A DNA stretch of 64,000 nucleotides from Lytechinus pictus (Eukaryota): assembly GCF_037042905.1 (NCBI RefSeq), contig NC_087246.1, positions 7,998,001 through 8,062,000 on the forward strand. The letters run 5' to 3'. Numbering within the stretch: the first letter of the stretch is position 1; each line of letters opens with the position of its first letter. The translations under genes were made by a program, and so were the position numbers. Positions 41,974 to 52,615 of the stretch are shown in pieces. The notes below the pieces were generated by a model. It did not search any database, had not been told where the DNA came from, and saw only the letters and a program-made list of their open reading frames with translations.

Positions 41974-44355
41974 TCCAAAAGCATCAGTAAGGTAAAGCTC
42001 AGAATTGCTTCAATGCATTAAAGAGGACCATAAGAGGGTTTGTAGACAAGCCTATAATATATAATTTGTTGACCGGATTGACAATGATCCAGGCTGTAAC
42101 AATTAGCATGTTGGGAGCCCTTAATACCAATAGCTATGACTACATTGGAATAGCATTATTATAGGAAGGCAAAGATTGTTAGTCTTAGTATTCACCACTG
42201 ATCATGATGATGATGATGCTGATCTACAAGTCCTGGGACCCAGTCCTGACCCAGATATGGCCAGATAACATATTGTTTGGTCAAGCAGGTGTAGACAGAC
42301 TACTGAAGAAATTGTTAAAGAAAAAAACCTGCATGAAGCTACATGTACTAGGCCAGACGGAATCTCTGCTACACTTCTTAATGAGACTACTCATTAGATC
42401 TTACCTGCCATAAGTTTGCTTTTCCTGGCCTCCCTTTATCATGTTTATACGGTGAAATTTCAAGAAAGTCTAAGTCGTTCCCATCCATATAAGAAAGGGT
42501 TGTCAACTCTAACAAGCTACACACCAATTCAAATACTGTGCTTTGTTCTTGCCAATCCCATCATCTTGTCCGACTATCAACGCGGCTTTAATAGGAAGCG
42601 AAGAACATATTTCCAGTATTTTTCCTTGGATATAAATCGTATTAGGATTTGAATGCTTAGTGATAGCAGCATATTAATTTGAAAAACTGACATGCTTTCA
42701 CTGCAGTCAATATGATAAAAATCAAAGTTTCTTGACATTTTTCATATAAGGATACTTATTTGCATAATATGCAAATGAGGAAGATTTGCTAGCTTTTTTT
42801 AAAAAGACATTGAACTTATTTATTCATCATGAACTTTTGTTCAAAATTACTTGCTGTGGACATTTAATTTGTCATCTTTGGATTAATTTCCTCATTTTCT
42901 ATTTTCTTAAATGGCTAATTTGCATAATATGCAAATTAATTTTCAGGTATTGGGATGAATTCTCATGCTTAGTGATATAGAAGCATATTAATGTCAACAT
43001 AAATGAAATGTTTTCAAGCAGTCTATATGAGAAAAATCACAATATCTTGACATTTTTCCATATAAGGATGCTTATTTGCATAATATGCAAATGAGGTAGA
43101 AATTTTTGCACTTTTGATTAAAAAACAATGAATTCAGTTATTTATCATGAATTTCCATTCAAATTAAATTGTTTTGGACATTTAATTTGTAATCTTTGGA
43201 TTATTTCCCTTCTTTTTCTAATTTTTCATGGCTAATTTGCATAATATGCAAATTTCATAAATTTCCTCTGCTTGGATTTCTTGGGACTTTTAGTATGTTG
43301 TTTAGGGGACCTTCCTGGAAAGCATTTCAGTGGAATATCTCGTGTTGCAATTAGTGGTGGGTTACCCCGCTATTCTGGCTAGATTGACTGGACTAGTACT
43401 GTACATGGCAGTTGTATGATACATTTCAAGAGAGCAAAACCTTATCTTAGATTCTGACATAACATTCATAAAATGATACTTCAACTTTTTCCTTTTCCTA
43501 TTTTTCCTAATTTTTCCCCCAATGGCATGGAACCTTTTTTTTGGGAGGGGGGAGGGGGAGTGCCCCCAAGACCAATCCAATATCCAATCTTTAGTGAGCT
43601 AAATTACGATGAATGATCAGATTTCAAGTCAATTGTGAGGGACATAAAAAAAATAGGGGGAACAGCTGCTAACACTCCCACCACACCAATCTTTTCATAA
43701 CTTCCCTTACTTTGTCGTTTAAACATGTTTTGTTTAGCACTGTACTACAGGTGCAATGAACAAAGAGATAACAGATACTCCCTAATAATACACAAAGAAT
43801 GGATTCAAGAGTTTCTCTTCAGTCCCAGAACAAAAGGTTTGAAAACTATGACCTCCCTTCCTCTTTCACTTTTACCCAGATTCCATGCTCTTCTTATAAC
43901 ACGGAAGAGATTGGGATGGTGGAGGGAGAAAGAGACAAAGGGCACACGTTCACTCAGGCATTTAAACCCCACACCACACACACTAGCCATTGGCTCAATT
44001 GTGGGTCGAGTAAAGGCCAACGCACGCCGGGTGGACCAGCTGGGAATGCGACAGGTTCAAACTTCAATAGCTAGTCTATATCGCGACGATACAATTTTTA
44101 TGCATTGACGATTAGTGGACAAGAAACTTAAAATGTTGTTGAAATCTTTAGGGTACAAGTCAATTAATTCATATCAACAATAAAATCATAACCAACAAAT
44201 GAACGGTAGTCGTTAATTTGAAAAACAAATTATGAAATCAGACAATCAAAGCAATGCATATCGACGATTGCAAATTCCATACAGTCGAGTCAAGCTCGGA
44301 GGACGGAGAGTCGCGCTAATGGTGGTGCGATGCTCAAACAAAGGGGTCGACTTAC

Positions 44356-44546
44356 CAGACAACACCAAACGCCCCATAACCGATTGGTCGATCGGGCTCG
44401 AATTCTCTTCTAGGCACAGACGAAGCGGCAGGAGAAGGCTGGTAGTAGGACTGAGTTGCACTCAGGATTGCACGGTCGTGGGCGCTGGAGGACCCGTTAG
44501 CGAAAGCCATCTGAGAGTGAGAAATCCTTGATCCACAAACAGCCAT
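44356..44546 (-). CDS. NLK: Nemo-like kinase, coding exon 1
   Basis: Translates MAVCGSRISHSQMAFANGSSS...EFEPDRPIGYGAFGVVW. EPDRPIGYGAFGVVW is the NLK glycine-rich loop, and the N-terminus resembles vertebrate MSLCGARANAKMMAAYNGG. Phase-2 donor TG|GTAAGT at 44355. Confidence 0.95.
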
Positions 44547-45010
44547 ATCACATCGGGGAGAGACCAGCAGCGAGAAACCCAGGCGGAAGACGCCTTGACC
44601 AGCCGAAGCGACGGCAAGCTGGCGAGGGGAGGGAGTCAACGTCGAAAAGCGGACTTTAAATCCGTTATTTCTCAGCAACGACGTATACACATGCCTTAAA
44701 ATTGCACCAGACCTGATGTAATACAGTGATATTTTAACTCAGTATCAATGTCCACTTCTTGTTAACTGAGGTAGAGGAGATATTTAGGATCCAGCGCGGT
44801 GAGAGCGGCTTACACTCCTCGGACTGTTGGAGCACAGCCACCCTACGAAACTGCTGTCACAAAAAAGTAGCAGAACAAAGAGTTCACAAATCTCGCTTCG
44901 GTCGAGGTCTCGCAAATCCCGAGATTGTGTGCACGTGTCTTGAAGAAGAATGACTAAAAATAACGTGGCCGTACGTTGGAAGTCGAACGCTGATTCACTA
45001 AACAAATTGA
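44547..45010 (-). promoter_or_regulatory. NLK 5' UTR / proximal promoter (CpG-rich)
   Basis: CpG-rich unique sequence immediately upstream of the NLK ATG. The TSS cannot be determined from sequence alone. Confidence 0.5.
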
Positions 45011-45299
45011 TTTAAATGACATTGCTTTTGCTTTACATCATCATCATCATCATCATCACTGGCGGATCCAGGGGGGGGGGGGCACAGCCGGCCCGTGCCC
45101 CCGTCCCGTTTTAGAGGCACTATTATAATTTGTAATGTAAAAATGCCGTTAAAGTGTGCCCCCAGGCTTTTTTTTTTTGCTTGTCAAATTTTATCGTCGA
45201 CGAAATATACAGTATATATATATATATAGAGAGAGAGAGGGAGAGAGAGAGAAACAAGGTTGAAACTTTCATGCTTTAATCCAACAAAATGTATTGAAG

Positions 45300-45342
45300 T
45301 CCACAAATTTTCGACGAGTACATACCGTCTTTATCAAGTGAA
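45300..45342 (-). ncRNA. Minimal variant type-I hammerhead ribozyme motif, copy A
   Basis: Minus strand reads TTCAC-TTGATAAA-GACG(gtatgtact)CGTC-GAAA-ATTT-GTGGA: stem I, variant core, stem II, GAAA, then a palindromic mini stem III. Confidence 0.6.
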
Positions 45343-45360
45343 AAGCATGAAAGTTTGAAG

Positions 45361-45403
45361 TCCACAAATTTTCGACGAGTACATACCGTCTTTATCAAGT
45401 GAA
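45361..45403 (-). ncRNA. Minimal variant type-I hammerhead ribozyme motif, copy B
   Basis: Identical to copy A, 61 bp away in direct tandem. Confidence 0.6.
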
Positions 45404-45984
45404 AAGCATTAAAGTTTCAACCTTGTTTCTCTTAATATTACTCCAACACGTGGAATATCTACCGAATATGTATATATATAAATAGTCTGCTTCGGCATCA
45501 TGATGGAATAAAATAATCACAAATGGTTTAGTAAATGCTTACTGCATGACGAAAACCTTTCATTTGAAAACACTATACCCCAGATTCCCTCAATCAATTC
45601 TCTTCTCCAAGTACGACAAACCATAACTGCCCCAAGCAAGCAATTTAAGTATCAAAACACATGTTTCTGGTCCGAAGATAACACAACAGCCCGAGCAAAG
45701 CATGCCGTCATTTTAATTCACTTACTTTCCTTATTTCGAGGTCGATTTTCTTCGTTCGAACTTGAAAATGGACTAACATTGGATTTCTGAATACAATATG
45801 CATTTGAAAACGTGATTAAATATCGAATACAATAATTTCATTCCGAAGGTCCTACTACAGGCAGAGAAGTCTTACGTAATAGCACAGCTGTTGTTTATCA
45901 TTTCGTCCTTGGCTCAACGCTCATAATCTGGCCTGTGGAGGTAAAATTGAGACAGCGGGGATTACCTGGCCTAGCGGGATTGAT

Positions 45985-46150
45985 CAGGCGGGTGTTTCAT
46001 AAAGCTGTTCGTAAATAAAAAGCGACTGGTGATCATGTCTTGCGGTAAATGGTACACACCATTGGCGAAGATCTAGCGCGCGAGAAAGGATCACCAGTCC
46101 TTCTTAAAGTCGCTCTTAACTTACGAGCAGCTTTATGAAACGGCCCCCTG
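45985..46150. mobile_element. Short MITE
   Basis: TIR GTTTCATAAAGCTGTTCGTAA / TTACGAGCAGCTTTATGAAAC, inner GACTGGTGATC / GATCACCAGTC. Confidence 0.7.
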
Positions 46151-46510
46151 GGCTTGGAAATGATTTTGGGATTTACAAACGCAAAATGGGGTATAGAACC
46201 GCAGTTTGCAATCTGAACTGCGGTCTTTCTCCAAACGGGGGTTTGACGTAATGGAAATAAAATCGTAGATTCTAAAAGGAGCATAACTCTCACAAATGAA
46301 AGGTAAAGTCACACTCTTCGTCAGTGCCCATGATGTGACAAAGAGAGAGAGAGAGAGAGAATTAAAAATCCGTTTCTGAAACAGTCGTGAAAAAACGGCG
46401 TCTATTCATGGGCATACGGATTGTGAAACTCACCTTTCAGAGAAAGCAATGCGCTTAAGATGGGGGAAGCCACTGTAAAAGACGCATCTAAAGATTACAT
46501 ACCCACACAA

Positions 46511-46587
<77 letters not shown>
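46511..46587. repeat. (CA)n(TA)n microsatellite
   Basis: Directly visible. Confidence 0.95.
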
Positions 46588-46954
46588 GGTCCAATGTAGC
46601 TGTGCATCGCTGACCTCATTTCTTCTTGTGTTTCATCCGGTTTTCCTAGTCCTTGTGTTGAGATAATGAAGAATGACGTCATAACTACGAAGATAATGAA
46701 AGGATACTTCAACATCCCCACTAACAACTATAGAGGAAGTGATAATATTTCCGGGTTTTGTACAACTTTACTGGATATTAACATGGAATTAAAATCAAAC
46801 AACAAGAGAATTGGATTGAAAAGGTATTATTCAAAGAGATCTAGCTTTCGTTAGTAAGGGGGGAGTAAAACAAAATGGCACCCATATATTCCCTAATCGG
46901 GTGCTAAAAGCTTAATTTGTTGTTTGTTTTTGGGAGGGTAGTGCTTAGTCTAAA

Positions 46955-47700
46955 TAAATTATGAGAGCGTGAGCTCAAATTTCAGACCTGTCATTCATTA
47001 TGAGCAATTATCGTAATCATAATAAGCATGCATGCAATCTAATTTAACAGTCAATGTAGCGCGAAGCGCCAGCTGAAATAAAAAAAACAACGTGGCGCAA
47101 AATGGAATTGTTTATGACTTTTTTTCAATGACCCATGAAGAGGTTACATAATTATGTCACCAATCAAATAATCCGAGGCGCGAAGCACAAGCTTGAAATT
47201 TTTGATATTCTGACCTGAAAACTTGACGTTCTAACCAATTTTTGTAACCATGAACTTGATGGGTATCTAACTAAACTGATGAGAGTGCGAAGCGCGAGCT
47301 GGTTTTTTTTCTTCAATTTAGACCACAGTAAACTGGAAATTCCAAGCACTTTATGTAAATTAGGCGTATCTAACTAAGCAAGTACTGCGAATGCAAGCTA
47401 TGGAAATATAAGATATGGCCTTCTGACCTGAAAAGGGGACATTTAAAATAGGCCTACTGTTTGTGGAAATTCATCCCATAAAGAGGATACGCATCTCGCG
47501 GTTCAAATAATGCGAGCGCCTAGCGGTAGCTGAAGATTTTTGGTATCCAGCACTCTTTTGTATAATGAACATGACCTATCTTGCCTCAATGATAAAAAAC
47601 TCGCAAATTGCGAGCAGCCTTTTTGTGCACAATTATGCATATTGACTAGAAAACAAAATATTTTAAGCCCCTTGGTATGCTCTCGAGCAGATCATTATCT
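46955..47700. repeat. Degenerate repeat with periodic GCGCGAAGCGCGAGC motifs
   Basis: Motif variants at about 46965, 47058, 47178, 47284, 47387 and 47512; reverse complement of the motif in 49398-52615. Confidence 0.6.
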
Positions 47701-48429
47701 CCCTCAAGGTATAGAGCTAGCGCAGGTAAAATTTTTGTTATATCTAATGATTTTTTTCTCTCCAAAAATTGATTCCCTTCCCCCTTTTTTATCGCCCGCC
47801 GAATTGAGTAGGGGCCTACAATATATTATTCAAAGTGTGAATAGGCCATACATCGGAGCCGCAGTGAACGAGCTTGAAAGCGGGGGGGGGGGGGGCTGGA
47901 CATGCGTAAAATCACAGTTTGATGGTAACTTTCAAGTTTTTGTATTATGGCTACGGTTACTGGCAACAGGGAGTGAGGCAGCGGGGAAGGATGGATTGCC
48001 CAACTCTGTCTCTGGCTGGGGGATGCTGTATCCTACCCCCCCCCCCCTGGCTTAAAAGTGGAAAAATATATTCTTTATATGGTATAAACTTATATCTATT
48101 ATTATCAACCTCATTACTACTGCTATTATAAATACATTTATTTTACGACGAACTCAAGTCAGAAAAGTATATTTTCTCACTCGCTCTCAACATATATTTA
48201 GTTTTTAATTAATTCGGAAACTATGTGTACATGCACACACTCACATAATTCATGTTTACATGTTCACATACACACACAATTATTACGATTTTATCAGCGA
48301 CAATAAACCTGCCCCCTTTTTATTGCTCTTATTATACTAGCGTTTCTGTATCCAATTCCAACAGTCAGAGGTAACCATTTTCATGCATTATGCAAGTTAC
48401 TCCATTTGAACCTTTGAATGTTTTTTTTT

Positions 48430-48660
48430 CACACACGTGACCGGGAGTATGCCATTGTGACGTAGCGGAAGTTAAGTAGCGTATACTGACACACGTGCGC
48501 GTCTTTTTGTCACGTCATAATTGTCTCAATAGGCGCGTATTCAGCACGCGCATTCAATCTGTTTGTTTACATTTAGGGCCAGGGGTCAACGCACTTTTAG
48601 AAATCGGCTTTACCGGCTGTGCTAGCTGGCACCACTCAAGATGACGCAGCGCAGGGAAAA
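48430..48660 (+). promoter_or_regulatory. Candidate promoter of the plus-strand gene
   Basis: CpG-rich unique segment with two CACGTG E-boxes, CRE-like TGACGT motifs and an ETS-type CGGAAGT, directly before the putative first exon. Confidence 0.5.
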
Positions 48661-48712
48661 TGAAGTAAAAATATCAACTACAACATAACATTGAACGAAA
48701 GCTCTTGTCTCA

Positions 48713-48801
48713 ATGCTTGTAGCTCAGAATTTTAATAGAGAATTTTTGGAATTGTGGATTTTAAAGCATCGGTTAAGTAGGGAAAGTATAGACAAAAACA
48801 T
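48713..48801 (+). CDS. Putative coding exon 1 of an uncharacterised gene
   Basis: MLVAQNFNREFLELWILKHRLSRESIDKN, then AT|GTAAGT. The phase-2 donor matches the acceptor at 53559 (AT+G = Met). Lies just downstream of a CpG-rich promoter-like segment. Confidence 0.55.
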
Positions 48802-49397
48802 GTAAGTAGACTATGTACGTTTCATCATACGGGGAAATGAATTTATAATAGCAAGCACACTATTAGTATTACAACGTGGTTGGTTTGAGACAAAACAGGA
48901 GCATATGTCTTGGCTTCAAGGTACCTTAAGACCTATTGAATGCCTTGGCCTTGTGCATAACTTGGCCTTAGCCTTGTGGATTTGAAGCCTTAAAATCCAA
49001 CGCATTTTTAAGGCATGTATACCCAGTTGATGTGTGTCCGGACATCTTTAACAGCCATTTTGAAATATTAACAAGCGAAGTTTCATCAACTTCTAGTGCA
49101 AAATGTTAGGCAGTATATAGAGAACAATATTTTTGCCTATATTAATACCCCGCCCCTCATTTCTTGCTTGAAATAATGCAATTGGTGCATAATCTACAGA
49201 GTGTTTTGTCTGCTTCTAACGCTATTTTTTTCCTTGCAAGGAGTAGAGCAACATGGAGGAAACGTCTGATAAAGAGTGTTGGGTGGGGCAAATGATATGC
49301 CTGCCCCCCTCCCATTTTAAAGTGAGGGGGTACATATCCAGTCCGGGCCACCGTCCAACACTTGTTGATACCCATGATGGTAACAGAAAAACTAGAT

Positions 49398-52300
49398 CAT
49401 AGGCGGATCCGGCCCCCCTCCCTATTGGCGGAGCAAAAAAAAAGAAAACGGGGGGAAAGAAAAAAAAAAGGAAAAAGGGAAAAGAGAGGAGAAAAAAGAA
49501 GGGGAAACATAAGAGGAGGAAGGCGAGTGAGTAAAATAAGATGAGGGGAAGACTTGGAAAATAATTTTTAAAATCTTTCATGTTTCTTTACAGTACAAAA
49601 TTTTCGCTCGCATTGCCTTTTAGGTGATTTATATATCTTGCTCAATATGGAGTTTGTAGTCAATATACATTCTTTCCTTTGCCACTTTTCCCCCCTATTA
49701 TAATTTTGTAAGTTTTTTTTTATCACTGTAATTATTATTTGAACTACTTTCTCTTATTTTTGTTGTCGCTTATTCGCTTTATTTTTATATTAGTGGATTA
49801 CTTGTTTTAAGCTCGTCTTCCAAAATAATATTCTTAAAGTGAGCGATATATATCTTTTCCAACTCGCCCAAAATATGTATAAACTAAGCAAAGATGATCT
49901 CCCAACAATTTTTTCAAATATGTTCTGTAAAAACTCCTCTTTACTCGATTACCCAACGAGACAACGTAATTGTTATCACCTACCCGCAACCCGTACTATA
50001 TTTGCAAAAAACTCTTTCATCTTTTTTGGACCTGTGTATTGAAATTCCCTGCCCAACGACTTTGAAGAATCTACAAGCCTTAATATTTTTAAACGCAAAC
50101 TTAAAAAGATGCTAATTTGTCAATACTCCACACCAACAAGTCAAGCTAACACATAACCTAAACTAAAACTATAAAATAACTTAACCAATAAATTTGTCAA
50201 ACTTTACTTATTCTAAAAAACAACGACACTACTACATGATACAATACATTACGACCTGTGCACCTGCCATGTTCCTCTTTTCATTTTCACTTTTTATTTG
50301 CACCTCCCTTATCTCCCTCTTTCTTTCCTTTGCCACTTTTCCCTCCCTATTATAATTTTGTAATTTTATTTATTTATTATTTTTGTTATCACTGTAATTA
50401 TTATTATTTGAACTACTTTCTCTTATTTTTGTTGTCGCTTATTCGCTTTATTTTTATATTAGTGGATTACTTGTATTAAGCTCGTCTTCTGTGTCCGTCT
50501 CGATTGTTGTATATAGTTGTATATATAGTTTGTTTATAATTAGTATTGAAACTAAGTTTAGAGGCTTGCCTTCTATTTCAAGCTTTGCTTTCTTGGCAAG
50601 TCCCTCCGTTCATTTCTACATTCTTTTCATAGATAAAATTATTGCGATACACACTGTAGTTTTGTTTAAGTTATATTTAATATTTGTTACGAAATGTAAT
50701 TGATCTGTCTGTATTATATTGAATATGTATTGTTACTTTGATTATATTTTGAAAAAATTTTGAACGGAAATAATTAAATCTAAATCTAAATCTAAACATA
50801 TTTTAGCTCGGATATTCGAACTTTCATTACTTTGTTTCATTTACAGATTGATTTTTAAGAGTGCTCTGTAAGAATTTATGTTTTATCTTCTAAATATTAA
50901 CATTTTCTGCTCGCGCTGCGCGCTCGTAAAATTTGATTTGTCAGGTACCTATTATTTTCCTGTATTCCATAAAGTTTTCAAATATCCCTATTCCGGTCAA
51001 ATTGTCAAAACGTAATAGCTAGCGCTGCACGCTCGCATTCTGATTGGTGATTTGATATGTATATCTCAATATTAATTTTATAACAAACTACTAAAAATCC
51101 CCATTTCATGACAGTTAATCAAAAATTTCGGCTGGCGATTTGCGCTCGCATTGATTGTTGAAAATATATTAACTCATGCATCTTATTTTATAATTACAAA
51201 AGTGCTTGAAACGTCTAGTTTTCAGGCCATAATAAATTAACAGATTTCGCGCTCTCATTAGGCTTGTTAAATTAATAAATAAGATATTGATTCAATAAAG
51301 AAAATTGCCCCTTTTTTCAGAATGGAATATCGACAAGTTTCATCTCCCGCTTAGGAATACGAATAGGAAGATAGTCATCATTTTCATAATGATGACATAA
51401 TGTTCTTAGAATGTCCATGTCCTATGACAAAACTCAAATTAATAATAATGAAACATATCAGATCTTTTTTTAACTGTGATTCATATCCACCTCATAATTT
51501 TTCCTACAAACATGACAAAGTGCTTGAAATACAGAGCTTAAATTGACCCTTTTCAGATTGGAATATCAAATATTTTAAGCTCGAGCTTTGTGCTCGCTTT
51601 ATTGATTTTCATACGCAGCTTGTTCTCTATTTCAATCATTATGAGCCTATATATCCAGTTTCAGATCAGAATATCTAAATTTTTCTGCTCACTCTTTGCA
51701 CTCGCATTATTAATGTAGGAAGATACCAAGTTATACCAATTTTTTTTCATGAGTTACAAAACATGAAGAGAGTGTCCCGTTTTTAGGTTTGAAATCTCAC
51801 TTTTATCCGCGAGCGCGAATTGTTTGGTTATATACTTAAACCGTTTATGATTACAAAAAGTGCATAGAACGTTAATTTTTTAGGCCGGAACGTCAAAAAA
51901 AAATTCAGCTCGCGCTTCGCACTCGCATTATTTAATCATTAAGATATGTATCGTCTTAATGGCTAACTGTAAATCGTCCTTAACAGATCCCTTTTCGACA
52001 AGGCCAGAATGCATTATAAAAATTTAGTAATTATCTAGTTACGTTACATACGCATCTTCTTCAGGTTTACAAACGTTGCCCGGAATGTTCAAGTGAATTT
52101 TTAGGACAAAATACATGAAATTTCAAAATTGTTTAGCTCGCACTTCGCGCTCACACTATTTTAATAGGGCTTATGAAATTATTACACATTCATGGTTTTA
52201 TAAGAATAAAGCTAAGAAATTACTGTTAGGACATGGGTGTTTTGCCCCCCCCCCAAAAAAAAAAATAAATAAATAAATAAAAAAAATTTCACGATCACAA

Positions 52301-52615
52301 AAAAAAGAGAAAAGGAAAGGGAAAAGGGTGAAAGATAATATTATTTTCCAAATATTATGTTAAAATCTATCACGAACTTGGATTTTTGTAATAAAAATGT
52401 CAAAATATTTGCTCGCTCGCTTGGCTTGCTCATAACTTCTTATTAATTTTACGCAATACGCCATTTCGAGCCCCCTCAAAATTTTTGGCTCATTACGCCT
52501 CTGGGACAACCCTTCAAAGAAACAAACAAAATCAACTTTGAGCGGCCGATCGGGGAAAATATGGGTGAAAAAAATTTCGGGGCCCCCCTATTGGCAGAGG
52601 CTGGATCCGCCCCTG
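49398..52615. mobile_element. 3.2-kb non-autonomous hAT-like element
   Basis: TIR CATAGGCGGATCC / GGATCCGCCCCTG, perfect 8-bp TSD AACTAGAT, and a recurring internal GCTCGCGCTTCGCGCTCGC-like motif. Confidence 0.8.
49820..50796 (+). mobile_element. 5'-truncated CR1/L2-group LINE nested in the hAT-like element
   Basis: LKVSDIYLFQLAQNMYK...YPTRQ...FFGPVY*NSLP...FKRKLKKML is an ORF2 C-terminus with a stop. Followed by a long 3' UTR and a (TAAATC)n tail. Confidence 0.8.

Larger units (their letters stand above)
38912..43395 (-). mobile_element. Decayed Academ-like DNA transposon with long modular TIRs
   Basis: Termini TAGTCCAGTCAAT...ATTGACTGGACTA, 3-bp TSD GTA, and inverted arms of several hundred bp. 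Broken minus-strand peptides (YLEMV...FIKEERTEN, HHEFMNGFHVAR, HKVSTKSRREQD...DSSLYN) resemble Academ transposase. Confidence 0.7.
45249..45470. mobile_element. Penelope-like retroelement terminal relic (pseudo-LTR with inverted end)
   Basis: A 29-bp inverted repeat (45249-45277 / 45403-45431) encloses a 61-bp tandem duplication carrying hammerhead-like motifs. Flanked by (TA)n/(GA)n microsatellites. Confidence 0.55.

Noticed and set aside
41638-41990. Poly-Lys and poly-Phe ORFs
   Set aside because: Translations of poly-T tracts in a MITE.
44547-44690. N-terminal extension of NLK in the ORF track
   Set aside because: It begins at a GTG; homology supports the ATG at 44546.
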